Below are positions 13,824-27,506 of a stretch of DNA of 64,000 bases, piece after piece. The translations under genes and the position numbers were made by a program. Position 1 is the stretch's first letter. Every line of letters starts with the position of its first letter. The notes beneath the pieces were generated by a model. It had not been told where the DNA came from. It searched no databases and saw only the letters and a program-made list of their open reading frames with translations. The DNA comes from Parasitella parasitica NRRL 2501 (lineage: Eukaryota > Fungi > Mucoromycota): contig MU619238.1 in NCBI GenBank assembly GCA_025201805.1, positions 386,219 through 450,218 on the forward strand, in the 5' to 3' direction.

Positions 13824-14756
13824 ATGTCTTCTGTAGTAATAGATACAAATGAGTTTTCTGATCCAGATTTCAACCCTAAAAAGTGGATTAATTCTGTATT
13901 AAAACCATCTACAGTGTATTCTCAGAAAGAAGATGACGAGGACGGAGGAGCGAAACATTCAACCATTCTCGTAACAAAGCTTCAGATTGCAAGTGATTCC
14001 ACTTCACGACAATTTGATCAACTGTCGTCATCCGTCATTAAATCTATGCCTCGCCTCCTGTACGATTTAAAAATAATTGCAGACGACGCTAAATCTACTC
14101 ACCAAGGCGTGGAAGCTGTAAAAAAGGATTTAGGGCTAATAGAAGGCGATACCGAGGTAGCTTTAGAGAAATTACGTAGACCTCACATAGCAAAGACACG
14201 CATGGAAGAATGCCGCATGCTGCTGTTGGAAAAATCAGATCACTTGAACAAGATTAAACAAGAACAGGAAAAGGCGAAACAGGAAGCGGCAGCGGCAGCG
14301 GCAAAATTACTGGCAGAAGAAGAAGAGCATCGCAAGCAATCTCTGTTGGCAGAGCAAGAGGAAGAAAAGGCACGGGAGGATGAAGCTAAAATGAGGAAAG
14401 AACAGGAAGACATGGAAGCTTCACAGAGACAACAAAAGCAAGCAGAAGAAGAAGAACAGAAAGAGATCGATGAGGTGTTGGAGTATGGACATGTGCAATT
14501 ACCACCTTTAAGGCAACCACCGCCGAAAAAGCGCACTTTACAGCAAATTCAGAATGCAGCTAAAGCTACAGCAGCTATACCTGAAAATCCAGACGATAAT
14601 AATGGCTATCTACAGCAGATTTCTGGTTCAGTGACGCCTCAAGTTAGCAATGTATTTAAAAGAATTGGTGTACCGGTAAGTTACAGAAATTGCGATGAGA
14701 TTAAGCCCAAATTTTCTAATACTGCATATACTTAGCTGGATAAATTTTGGTCATAA
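13824..14756 (+). CDS. Short protein with a COG7-like N-terminal helical region followed by an E/K/Q coiled coil
   Basis: FSDPDFNPKKWINSVL...LVTKLQ...SSSVIKSMPRLLYDL matches the COG7 N-terminus pattern. An intron at 14676-14735 leads to the final exon LDKFWS*. About 290 aa in total. Confidence 0.65.
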
Positions 14757-15330
14757 AAGACATAAAATTCATAGAATATGCCTGGAATAAACTTGTATAT
14801 ACGTATAATATCATAATGCCTTTGGATCAGATTCATGCTTGATTCATAGGCATTGTTAATCATTCAATGTCTATTTTGGATTTTGTACGAGTCTCAGTCT
14901 GCTTGTTTAAATAGATAATCAATCTAAATCATCGTGATCATCAACAGGCACTGCAATACCTAATATTCAGGTTTCCAACAAGTGGGATGATAGTGTGGAG
15001 ATTTGCGGTTAATAAAATGCATTAGCAGCTGAGGTCTCGGTATACTATTACCTTTAAACGATTTTCATGAGCCCATATTACACTTTATTTCTACAGAATT
15101 TAGGATAGGTTGTTTTTGGCTATATATCGTGGAATACCGTAATTTTGATCAGAGGGATTTTACTCAACTAAGCCCAAGCAAAGCTAGAAGCAAGTTTTTT
15201 ATTTTCTCTAAATTTTAAATAATGCGATAAACTATGTGACTCTTTCAACCAGTAAAGGGCCTACATAAAGCAAGACAAGTTGCTGTAATAAACTTCTTTT
15301 GCTTGCAACAGAGAATATCTATACGAGAAA

Positions 15331-17128
15331 ATGAGTGACGATGATGATTTTATGCTTGAGGATGAAGAGGAAGTAAAATCTAATAGCCACGCGAAGTAGT
15401 ATTCCATGCTCATTCACTGATAAAAAAAATTCAACCGCACAGGATTATGATTTTGATTACGAGGACGATGATGAGGAAGAGCCTGATGTAGACCTCGAAA
15501 ACAAGTATTACAATGCCAAAGGTAATCCCATTTGTCTCTTACTTTTATAAAATCTCTTAAAATAATTATATAGCTAGAAAGGAAGAAGACCCTAAAGAAG
15601 CCCTGGTGGAATTCCAGAGCGTCATTGATACAGAGGAAGAGAAGGGTGATTGGTAATTGGGGCACGCGAAGAGGATGAATAGGGACTCAAGCAAACTGAC
15701 AACCATGGCAATTTAGGGGTTTCAAGGCTCTCAAGCAAATAATCAAGATTTCATTCCATCAAAACAACTTTGATAATGTATGATTCATATCTCAAGTAAT
15801 GGAGATCGATTTATCGCATAATGCTAAAAACATTCATTTATAGACTTTGAAGTACTATCGCGAACTATTGACCTACACCAAATCCGCCGTAACCAGAAAT
15901 TACAGCGAAAAGAGTATCAATAATATCCTGGACTATGTTTCTTCGGCTGACAACATGGCATTTATGGAGCAATTCTATGAAATTACGCTAGAATCACTAG
16001 CAGAAAACAAAAACGAGAGACTTTGGGTCAAGACAAATCTTAAATTGGCCAAACTTTGGTTGGATAGAAAGGAATATGGCTGTTTGAACAAGATCCTTAA
16101 GCAACTACATGCTGCTTGCCAAAAAGACGATGGCACCGACGATCAACGAAAGGGCACTCATCTTTTAGAAGTGTTGACACTGGAAATCCAGATGCACACG
16201 GAAACCAAAAACAGCAAAAAACTCAAGGAGCTATATCAGCAATGTTTGTCTGTCAAGTCTGCCATACCTCATCCTCGTATCATGGGTGTTATCCGTGAAT
16301 GCGGCGGTAAAATGCACATGAGCGAAAGTATGTTGATTTTGCAATTGTGCCAAGAGCATGCTCTAACCTGGGTAAATAGAGAAATGGGACGATGCGCAGA
16401 CTGATTTCTTTGAATCTTTCAAAAATTACGACGAAGCTGGCAGTCCTCAGCGTATTCAAGTCTTGAAGTAGGCAGATGGATATGTTTTGTAACAGTGTGT
16501 TGACATGCTTGCTATAGATATCTTGTATTGGCAAACATGTTGACCGAATCGCAGATTAATCCTTTTGATTCGCAAGAAACGAAGCCCTACAAAAACGACA
16601 AGGAGATTGAAGCAATGACTAATCTTGTGAGTGCGTATCAAAAGAAGGATATCAACGAGTTTGAGCATATCTTGAAAGGTGAGTTTTGTATGGCAATAGG
16701 GTAGCTAACAAATCACTGACAGGACTTTGTGCTAGTCAATCAAAAATCAATCATGGGCGACTCCTTTATCCGCGCTTATATCGACGATGTCTTGCGAAAT
16801 ATTCGAACGCAAGTATTGATTAAGCTGATCAAACCCTACACTAGCATTGAAATTGCATTCATTTCCAAAGTACTGTCAGCCTTGGGATTTTTACAACACA
16901 CGCACACTAACATGTCCTTTATAGCAATTAAATATACCTGCAGATGATGTAGAGGATCTTTTAGTTGGCTTAATTCTCGATGAAAGAATTTCAGGCAGAA
17001 TTGATCAGGTAAATCGTCGTTTAATCTTGGACAGAAGATCTACAGACGATTTTAAATATGAAGCATTGGACGCATGGTCAAGTAATGTGTCAAAGTTATG
17101 TAAAACCGTATTTGGGAAAGCTACATAA
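15331..17128 (+). CDS. CSN2: COP9 signalosome subunit 2 (PCI domain), multi-exon
   Basis: [95 protein letters not shown] and [14 protein letters not shown]. Confidence 0.97.
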
Positions 17129-17160
17129 ACATGTATAATTAAAATAAATATTCCATTTAT

Positions 17161-18279
17161 TCAGAGCCCAAAGTTATTCTCTTGGCTAAACCCAATATCA
17201 TGTAAGGCGTTTAAAAACAGGACTCGGGCATGCTTTATATCATTGTATTCCAATGCACTGATTGCCCATTTGGCATTCTTTTGGGCAGCTGCAATGCTCT
17301 TTGGATCAACTGTATTGGCCGGTGTAGAGATTTGAGGGATAACAGGTTGTTGAATTACGACTGCAGGTGGTTTATTGTCATTGCTCTTACTAACTGGAGT
17401 TGCAGATGATACATCACCTGTCGTATCAACCTTAGGTGTTTGAGGTGTTTGAGATGTTTGAGGAAGTGGTGCAGTAAAGTTGGAAGGTGGACTAGGGAAC
17501 TCAGAGACGGGAGGCGGTGGTATATCTATATTTTGCTGTTCTTGCTCGATTTCTTGTTGCTGCTGCTCCTCTTCTCCCACTTCTCCCTCCTCTCCTTCCA
17601 CTTGTTCAATCCCTCCAGGCGGACCTGATGTTGGTACACGTCCCTCACGCAAAGCTTTCATAATATCTGCTGCTTTCCATTTAGAATATTTAATCTTTTC
17701 CTCTATCATTAGATCCAAATCACCAAAGGTCTTTAAAAGCTCTAGAAAGATTGAGGCTGCAAGGAAAGCCTTGGCTGTTTTCCTATTGAAAACGTTAGCA
17801 TTAATTACTACAAAGTAAGATCAAGATGTTCTCACTTGGTCGATTTACCAGCGCGGTCTTCGTTATCTGCCTTGGTAAAGATTTTGAGACCAAAGTTCTC
17901 GATGTGAGCAGTTCCAACTAAATCATTTGTGATGGCCTCGTTAGCTCCAATGGCTTGCTTTTGCTATATATCAGCGATAAAAGGCGTTTAGTAAACGTAT
18001 TTGTCTACGAACTGAGTTGCTCTTACTGTTTCTAAAGCATCGAGTAAATGAGATAAATAGTCTGTGGTCTCTTTGGTTCTGGGGCCTCGAGCAATAGCAA
18101 GTTTAGCAGCATAGTATTGAGCTATTCGTAAACATAATTAGGTTTTAGAAATACATGAAAGCGTGTTGCATAGTCTAACCATAGTACGAAACAATTGGAT
18201 CTATCGATGAGATTTCTTGCCCACGTTGTATATAGGGCGTGATGTATTTTATGTCGTTGGGTATGTCGTTGATACTCAT
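17161..18279 (-). CDS. VTA1: Vta1, ESCRT/Vps4 activator (MIT domains + VSL domain)
   Basis: N-terminus ITPYIQRGQE...DPIVSYY, then KAFLAASIFLELL and KIKYSKWKAADIMKALREG, a Pro-rich linker, and C-terminal AQKNAKWAISALEYNDIKHA. Confidence 0.93.
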
Positions 18280-21200
18280 TGCTGCGAAAGTAAAAAGAAA
18301 ATAAACACGTTCGGCTTCGTTTGCTACTGAATCCTTTTAAAGATTTCATACAAAAAAAAAAAAAAGAATCCTTTTTAAAGAGCCGTATCTAATATAAAAG
18401 GATTTCGTTCTCACACCTCAGTAACAACAAACAGATGCATTTTCGCGATGTGTGAATCAAAATTCACTTTAAAAAACTGCTTAACTGTGTGTTGTATAAG
18501 AATAGTTTCCCTTATCTTTCAACTAAACAAGGCGTACTATAAAGAGTGGTTTATTACCTAAAATTTATTGATAAATGATTTACATTCCTATTGATATAAG
18601 CTGATTAAAATGTAGAAATAGGTATTGCTCGGACTAGTCTTGCTTGACATTTGAATTTCAAGCCTGATCTGATTGTATTTATACATCGACTCATATTGTA
18701 GATTTATTCCATACAAATAAACAGCTTTTTGTCAATCAATAATCATAATATTTAGCTTTTTATCTGGTAAATTAACAGTTTTTATAGTTTTCTCATTCCT
18801 GTTGATAACTTTATCAATACCAAAATTTTTGTAGTTAGAGATGTTTTCATTTCACAACGCTCAATTGTTTAAGTATGATTGCGTTTCTACGGTTTCTTTG
18901 TGGTTGCAGTCTAGATGAGCAAAAATGTTTGAAGTAATCTATCCGTTTTGAAGTATATTATTCTACTCTTCCTGTGAATTATAATGATTTGAAATCTGGT
19001 TTTAGGGTTGATGATGATAAACGATGATGATTTACACCTTGCAACTTCAGCTTAAATGTCATTATATCTCAATGCTTACTTAAGAACAAGAGGATCACGT
19101 GAATATTTATTAAAACTCCGTTAGCAAACAACGTGAAACTGTTTATGCAGGTAACTTTGGATAGACACATCGCCCAGTGGAAACCAAGTTATGCTCAGAT
19201 AGCGATGATCATGCCTGATTTTATGAAGCATGAAACAAGCTTTATGTTGTCCTTTATCGTAGCCTATCAGCGTTTATATACGATTTTCGTATGGTTTCTG
19301 CAGATAAATTTCTAGATATCAATGTAAACATGGATACAAATGTTTTCGCCAGGTAGCGCGGTGTTAACATCAAGTTTTTCCAGTTAGATCTCGGTTCTAC
19401 GGCCATTTTAGCAGAAGTTATGAACAAATATCTGATATTTTTTAAGATTATTATTTTTATGTAATGAAGATTTGAAAATCTTATCTGTCATTATTTAAGA
19501 TAGGAAATCATGATAATGTACTGCAATTGAAGATTGAAGGTTATCTGTAACACATATTCTGTATTAAAAACACAAATTAAGACAACATCTTGAAAAGTAT
19601 TTTTTTTCTGTATTTTTTTTTTATAAGGTCTGCTACAAGATTTATCTCTTGACATAACATCTTTAACATGCAAATCGAATATATATGATAGTTTTTTATC
19701 GTATTCAATAATTAAGATTTAAGACACGATTTGAAGACAAATTGCAGTAAACTGCTAGGATTGAATTCACAGCCTACTGCAGATATAAGCTTTACCAGTG
19801 ACCCACTTTGGAATGGAGGTACAAGACAAGAGCATTATATTGGTAGCTCAGACTTGTATTGATATGAATTAATAGCCAATTATCTAATATTTTTATAAAT
19901 TATTAAATGGAGACAAAACTTTAAGTCAGAATCTACATCCTTTGTGTCATTATACTACAACAGATTTAATTGCATGAACCTTTGGCCATTATTTTAAATT
20001 CTGTGTGATATATGGATTAAGTTGAAAGTCATCATACATAATACATATATATGATCATGCCCGACACCCTAAGAACCTTGCTGTCCGTAACTATTTTATC
20101 ATTCTATATCCGAAATCAATTAGTATAAATGTTTCAACATGAATACCAATAAATCATTATCCTTTTTATCAATAACTTTTCTATAGTAGATGCTCAAATA
20201 TTACAGTTTGCTCTGTTTGTTAGTCGGTTTTCTGTATTTAATTTTGAGACAACTTTCGGGGTCATTTTTAAGTACGGATTTATCAATTACAAACTTCAAA
20301 TTCATGGAATAAAATTTTCTCAAGGTTATTTTGTTGAAGAAGATCAGCTTTCATAAGAGAATTACGACTGACAATACTAAGCTTAATAACCATTTTACCT
20401 TTAATGTTACATTTATCTCAAACTCAAATAACTTGAAACCTCAATCGTGACAACATTCATATTGATATGGGTTCAATATAGCCTGCAAAGTAATATCAGA
20501 AGCTATCATATAAAGCTCCAGCATATTTAGCTCTAATATTGTAAAAGGTGTTGCTATTACTTCTGTCTATTCTATTTATCATGCTTACTCTCCTGTCCCG
20601 ACTGGTAATTCTATATGCTTGCTATAAATTTAAAGTTCTATTCTATTTTACAAATTTTTAAGCCTTGGAACTCTGTATGGGTATGTCTAGAGCGTTTAGT
20701 ACAGGAGATCGTGTATTTACCTATGTTGCATATAGTTGATTGATTTTTCGCGAGATGCAATAGGTGAGCAAATCGATTATGAGCTTAAATTACAGAGTTT
20801 ACTGAATAGATGGCAATACTGTACTTTTTCTGTAAAGTAAGCTCACATAACCAGAAGTCTTGGATATACAAGGTGTTTCAAATCAGTAACGAACCAAGTA
20901 GAGCTTGGTTCTTTAGCAGTTTTAGTATCTTATATTTGTTTTCTTCATGTGAAACTGCAATAATATAAGTATAACATCGGAAGTCGGTCGATCTGGTAGA
21001 TCCTCCTCATTTTTGTTTGGTATTCGAGGATGTAATGCTGCAATCCTTCTGCATTTATCATGCAGGAACATCATTTGAATCAGTAATTCAATTCCCGTGT
21101 ATATGCGATTATGCCATATGCATTTGCCTTAACTTGTGTTCAAATTTTGATTTACAAGCTGAATGTATAAGAAGCTAGTTATCAAGTCGGTAGTATTTGA

Positions 21201-22693
21201 ATATGCATTGCTCAGTCTTACTTTGCTTCTTTGAATTTCATACCTGGAACATAGTGTTGAATTCAATCAGTACAAAAAGATGAAGCTGCCCCATATGCAC
21301 ACTTCCCAGAAATACCCCTAATGCCTACCACGCTGGCAACATGGGCTACCATGTTCTTAAATTTTTTTGTCTTAGCGTCGCACTCACGTTGGAAATATTT
21401 ACTATCATGAATATTCACGCGTTGGTTTTGACTCTAAAGGAGTCGCTATCAACCCTTTGAAGCTAATGTCCATAGTAACTTTGTGATCAAATAGTCAAAA
21501 AAAAAAAAAAATTTCATTTAAGTTATAGCAATACGAGTCGCTTTCTGTACAATAGTACAGACAAATAACTTTATTGAGTATTGCAATTTTTTATCGTCGC
21601 GTTATTTCTTTATAATCTCACAGCCCGACCCACATTATCTGCTTCCACAGCAATCAGAATAGAGAGAGTCGCTCAATGCAAAACATATCAAGTCAACAGC
21701 ACTGCTTCTTAACTTGGAAATGTTCCTTAATACGTTCATTACAAAATATCGAGTAATATAATATTACGGAATAAGATTTCAGTTTGGTCTTTACAACAGT
21801 GTATACTACTGCACATTTTCTAAAGGCTAGTACGGGCACGCTTACCACACTTAATCAGATAAGGTATTACTTTTTTCTTTTTGATCCAGCATTCAAGAAA
21901 AGTATGATAAAGCTTACTATAACGACTGATTTGAGTCCTAAATGGGTTGACCATACTCAAACTGTGTTTGCTTTTATTCAATACACAATGAATTGATGGT
22001 TCAACGTTTACTGTTATCGGGATCGGTTTGACCTAAACAACAGTAACAACAAACAAAAATGTATATTGATTGCGGTAGACAAATGTCCTAATATAAATAG
22101 TAAGGATCAAACGACGATAAATAGAGTCAAATTGGGATCCACGGGGTAAGTCTCCGTAGTGATCCTACAAATCTATATTATTCAGGAAACTCCTCAATCC
22201 TATTTATTCTTTACCCACTGAATATTATTAACGTACGGTCAGCTTCTTGTAAAAGATGTTTTAAAACTGATAGGAAAAGATTTATGAAAGCAAGGAGGCC
22301 ATGTGTATACATTATACATCAGCATTTATTTACCATCAGTCGTAATTGAAAAGTTAATTTATGTATAGTTTACAGCGTGGTAACAAGTGAAACCAGCATG
22401 AAAAAGAAAGTTTTTGCTTTGTGTAATTTTAATGGATGCACACATTTTTTCATTAGGCTTAATTGTATATATGGTTTGTGATCAATTCCCACTCTGCATA
22501 TTTTCGATCATTATATTTATTGGTCTGAGCCCAGCATTTCGAGAGACATGTACGTATATTTATGCTAATAGACAAAACACGAGTGATGCGAGATGATGAT
22601 GCATACATGCTTACATACATTCGCATAAAACAAACTGTTAATATTTCAAGTATCGATCTTGTTTCTCGAGTGTCTTTTTTTTTTTTTTTTTTT

Positions 22694-22703
22694 NNNNNNN
22701 NNN
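22694..22703. other. Assembly gap (10 N) after a poly-T run
   Basis: nnnnnnnnnn in the sequence. Confidence 1.
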
Positions 22704-23488
22704 TTTACAAAAAAGTGATCCCCGATATGCGCTACATTTGTCATGATTATGGCAAGACTTTCTGTCAATTATACATGTACTGAATAATCAAATGGAGAAT
22801 GCCATAGACATCTTATTTTTGTTTATGTTTCTTGTTTTCCCATCTCTCTGTGATTCCATAAAGCAATATGCTTGTCTTTCCAAAATAATTATATCTAGCC
22901 GAAGATTTAATTTCTCTTTTACATTTACATGCTTCTGCCCCTTTTTGCATGAAAAAAAAAAGCTCTGCTAGCAAGATTTTGCTCTAAATTCTGCAGGCAA
23001 CATTTCACACAATTTTGGCTTTGCTCCCAGGATTTCAAAGAGTATCTATATAGATGAAAACAATATGAACACAGCAGGATATAGTGTGATACAGATGGTC
23101 TCTCACTTTCTAGCCGAGAAACAATGTGATACAAGTGAATAGCCTTGTTAACAAAAGAGAAATTTCGACAGAGAACGCTTTGACCAGACTACTCTTGTAA
23201 TTATGATAACAGTTAGGGAGGAATAAAACATAATGTTCAGAATATAAACAAATGCGCACATTCGTTTTTCAGGGCAACATCTGTCAGTATCATGATTCAT
23301 TTTGGCATCAAAGCATGGTCATTTTAAAAGAAAAAATCACTTTGTAATGAACATAGAATGCAAACGGAACAAATCGTCCCTTTTTTTTTCAAGAGTATAA
23401 AAAAGCCCTAAAAATCAATCGATTCCTATCTCACTTTCCTTTGCCTTTTTTTATTATTTTTTACTTATATACCCCCTATCTTTTGTGA

Positions 23489-24938
23489 ATGAGCTATTTC
23501 AATATGTCTGATTACTGCTTTCAAGCGGACGAGGCAACTCCAATTGTACAAGATAATCAACAACAAAAGCTGCATCAGCAACAAAAGAAGCCAAATGAGC
23601 TGAAGTTCAAGATGGAGTCTGTTGGCATTCACCCCGAAGATGATGATGACTTGGACATGTGTCCTGCAAGGACAAGGCCTTCATGGCCCAAGAAGATTAT
23701 TCCATGGTGGGTTGCCTCTGAACCCAATGAGAAACCTCCCTATTCCTATGCTACTTTGATAGCTCATGCTATTCTATCAAGCAAAGACGGTCGATTAACT
23801 TTAAATGATATTTACAAGTGGATTTCACAGAACTATTTAGCGTTTTCCTTGGGAAATGGCGGCTGGCAGGTAAATATATAGGCGGAAGGCCAATTGACAT
23901 AAATTTAATATCTAACTTGGAAATGTGTGTGTGCGCCAGAACTCGATCCGCCATAATCTTTCACTAAACAAGAAATGGTTTTACAAGATCGATAGAAGAC
24001 CTACTCAGGCAAATCCTGGCAAAGGCTGTTATTGGACTCTGGTTGCTGGAATGGAGCAAATCTTTATTGATAACCTTACACAAGAAGGCGGCAACAGCCG
24101 AAAGCATCATGATATTGGCCTTACCGTTGAGCTTTCCACAGGTCAGCGTCGAGGTGCATGTTTTTATAACCATAACAATTCTGTTGCACCGACAGCATCA
24201 GCATCAGCATCAACATCCGCAACCAACATGAACACTCCACCGTCCACTCCTTTAAAACCATTATACACGATATTTCGTATGGATGATAGGACATCTAAAC
24301 CAGAAGAAATAACCAGTGTTACGCCATCAGACGATTCCGATAATGATTCAGGCGTAGATGTGAGTAATCAGTATGTTCTGGATAGCAAAAAGCATCTAAA
24401 AAAGCGTCGTCGTACAAATACCAGTGCACCTGCCACTGCTCCCACCACCGCTTGTATTGTAGCCACACCCACCACAACATTAAGCATGGAGCAATTACCT
24501 GTAAATAACCACCATCTTCAAACCATGTTGTATGCTACACCAGCATCAACTTGTATATCTCCATTTGACGACATTGACTATGACATCAACAGCTGGGTAG
24601 AGCATTGTCAAAGTTACGCAGATCAACAAGCAGAGCCACAGCTGCAACACCATACTCCCTGGAAAAGACAAAATCCTATCACAGTTCACTTGAATGATGA
24701 AGCGACACAAAAATACCTTCATTTCGCGGATAATAAGGCGACCAACAACAATAGCAATTTCATGCTTGCTACACCTACTAATCCAGCAGTTGATCTCATG
24801 TTTGATAATGTATACCCACCACCATCCATGCTACATCAGCCATCTCCATCGTCCTTTAATATGCTATTTCAGCCCCAATACCAGTTCTCTCAATTTGTAT
24901 CTATGCAAGATGTTTTGTATTCTGAACACACATGTTAA
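23489..24938 (+). CDS. Forkhead (winged-helix) transcription factor, 2 exons
   Basis: KPPYSYATLIAHAILSSKDGRLTLNDIYKWI...GWQ|NSIRHNLSLNKKWFYKI...GKGCYWTL, with an intron at about 23870-23939. NLS-like KKRRR. TATA box at 23396. Confidence 0.95.
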
Positions 24939-25138
24939 TAAAATAAAGTAAAAAAATTAATAAAGATCTTCCAAAAGCACGTGAGTTGAATTCTGCTGCC
25001 ACACCACCACCACCACCACCAAAATTGGCTTGCTTCTTAGTCCAATGAACATTGATTAGATGACGTACAAAAGAGAGGACTACCGCGTTGTCCAGAAAAT
25101 ATTTTCAAGAGGGTTTCCTTTTCAACCGTTTACGCTTT

Positions 25139-26776
25139 ATGGATAGATATTCAAGAGGATACGACGATAGATACCGAGGATATTACGATCGTCCGCGATC
25201 AGATACGTATCGCCCAGGCGAAAATTATCGCTCAGATAGAGATTATAGAGATGCAGCTGGTGGTGGCAGCAGCAGTAGAAATTACTCGCCCAACTATCCT
25301 TCTTCTCGCTCTCCAACGGGCTCTGGCTCAAGATACAGTGCGAGTTATCCAGATTCTAGACAGGGCTACTACAGCTCAAGAGGCCATTCTCCTCCATCTC
25401 GGTCTTCTTCTAGATCTCCCCGGAGACCATCTTATGGATACTACCGTCCCTCAGGCGGTTCATCGTATCCCTATAGCTCCAGAAGATCCCCGTCTCCTCC
25501 TCCCCCAGTGGGTGGTCGCAGTGGAAGTAGTTCTAGCAGCAGAAGAGATTCGTACGATTACCACAGGTCTTATCATGGTTCGCCGCCTTATTCTCAATAT
25601 CCTCCCCCGCCATCTTCTTACAGAGGCGGAAGAGGTGATAGTGAAAGGGGCCCTTACCCACCTTATCCAGCCCGCAGACACTATCCTGGTCCACCTTCGT
25701 CGTCCTATGGGCCTCCTCCTGTACATCCTTCCTCTAGCAATGGGTACCATAGTAGAGAAACGTCAGCCCCTCCCCAAAGATCAATACACTCGACTCCAAC
25801 ATCCACCGCACCTAATTCACCTAGACACTTTACACAAGAATCTGCCAGTGCGGGCCCCATCAGCAACCCAATTCCCTCCTCTTCAACCGCAGCCGTCGTA
25901 CTCAACCCTTCCGCTACTGCCACCAGTTCTACACCATCCCCACTACAGCAGCAACAACCTGGAGGTCATCCGTCTCAGACAACAACCGTAGAAAACAATG
26001 CGCCGGCAGAAGTGAATCCGTCATTGACAAATATGCCTCCTAGCGTGGCTCCGTCATCATCTTCTGCCATCACAGCTACTAACACTAACACTACCACTAC
26101 TAATACTACAACTACAACCACCACTATGACAACGAATAATCAACCTTCATCACAGCAGCATGCGCCTCCGCCACCGTCCTTTTCACTTAATACAAGCTAC
26201 TCTCAACAATCATCATCATCGTATCCTTATACTTTATCTGCGTCTTCTTCGCCTTACACCAACAGTGGGACAGGGGCTGGTGGAGGCGGACCTAATACTC
26301 CACGGGGAGGGCCTCCGCCTCACCACCACAGCAGCAACAGCAGCAGCGGATATCACCATTATTACAGTAGCCATTATAGCTCTCCTTCTACTACTATGCC
26401 ACCGATCAGACAGAGAATTTCATGGGCTCCGGACCAAGAAAAAGAGGTTTGTTTTTTATTGTAATTTGCTTGAGCAATTGTGCCGTAGCTCACCTGCATT
26501 AACCTGTGTGGATAGATGGATAGATATCATGCGGAACAGAAAAAGTTATGTGACGAAGAGGTTAGGATCTTGACAAGCGCCCGCAAGAGTCGATTTGAGT
26601 TGGAACTTGCTCATTGGGAAGTGGAGAAGCTAGATCATCAATTAGAACTTGTACAAAAGCAATGGGAGGAGAACGGGATGGAGGATTTAGTTCGTGAGGA
26701 ATTATCAAAATTTAGCAATAGCGCAAAGTCAACATCTACTGCTTCCTCTGTCGCTACTAAATTAGCAATCATGTAA
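25139..26776 (+). CDS. Low-complexity R/S/Y/P/G-rich protein with a C-terminal coiled coil; function unknown
   Basis: Long disordered ORF. An intron at about 26447-26515 joins it to the coiled coil MDRYHAEQKKL...RFELELAHWEVEKLDHQLELVQKQWEE. Confidence 0.75.
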
Positions 26777-27079
26777 AGAAATAAAAATGTGTATATATGG
26801 TTCTTTCAGTCTGACGAAATAGCTCGGTTGTTCTGTGCAATTTTCCTTGTCAATTTAAAAACTAAATCTGAAGAATGAGACGCGGTAAAAGGCATGTATC
26901 CCTCGGTGTAAAATGCTGTATATAACAGCCAAATGCAAAAGCTTTAGGAAAAATATCGTTGAATATCACAGCAAGAAATTAACCAACGGGATTGTATCAC
27001 TCGGCAAACGCTTTTATAGTATATAAAGGCATACACTTTTTGGTAATCGTTGTTTGGTCACAAGTCCTTTCTCGTCATC

Positions 27080-27397
27080 ATGGCCGACACTACTGATTCG
27101 AGCAATGCAGCCGCTGCTACTAATACTACGCCCGATGCTACTACTGGTAATAACGCCACAAACACTCTCCCAGGAAAGGTAGAAGCTAAAGCAGATCAAG
27201 CTATTGGAAACGCCAAGGAATCTGTTGGAAATGCAGTAGGAAACAACGAACTCCAAGCCGAGGGAGCTCAACAAAACGCAGCTGGAAATGGTAAAGAAGC
27301 TGCTAATAATGTAGCTGGATTCTTTCAGAAGGTCACCAGTGAAGTTGAGGGCACCTTCAAAGGTGTTTACAACGCACTTTCTGGCAGTAAGAAGTAG
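27080..27397 (+). CDS. Small CsbD-like (Hmp1-type) stress protein
   Basis: GKVEAKADQAIGNAKESVGNAVGNNELQAEGAQQNAAGNGK repeat typical of CsbD-like proteins. TATA box at about 27021; AATAAA at 27405. Confidence 0.8.
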   Translation: MADTTDSSNAAAATNTTPDATTGNNATNTLPGKVEAKADQAIGNAKESVGNAVGNNELQAEGAQQNAAGNGKEAANNVAGFFQKVTSEVEGTFKGVYNALSGSKK

Positions 27398-27506
27398 TCG
27401 TACCAATAAACAGATTGTGGTGTATTGACTGACCGCAATAAAGATTTCATGTTGCCAAAAAATCGTTTTTCTCGTTTTTCTCGTTTTTCTTTCCTTTACA
27501 AACATA

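Noticed and set aside
19340-19415. Minus-strand *NRDL resembling a Fanzor RuvC-III motif
   Set aside because: No zinc finger or AAxN context; too short to support.
18350-23400. Possible centromere
   Set aside because: AT-rich and gene-free, but I see no flanking centromeric retroelements or defining motif.
25251-25991. 246-aa alternative-frame ORF overlapping the RS-rich gene
   Set aside because: Expected shadow of GC-rich low-complexity coding DNA; no domain features.
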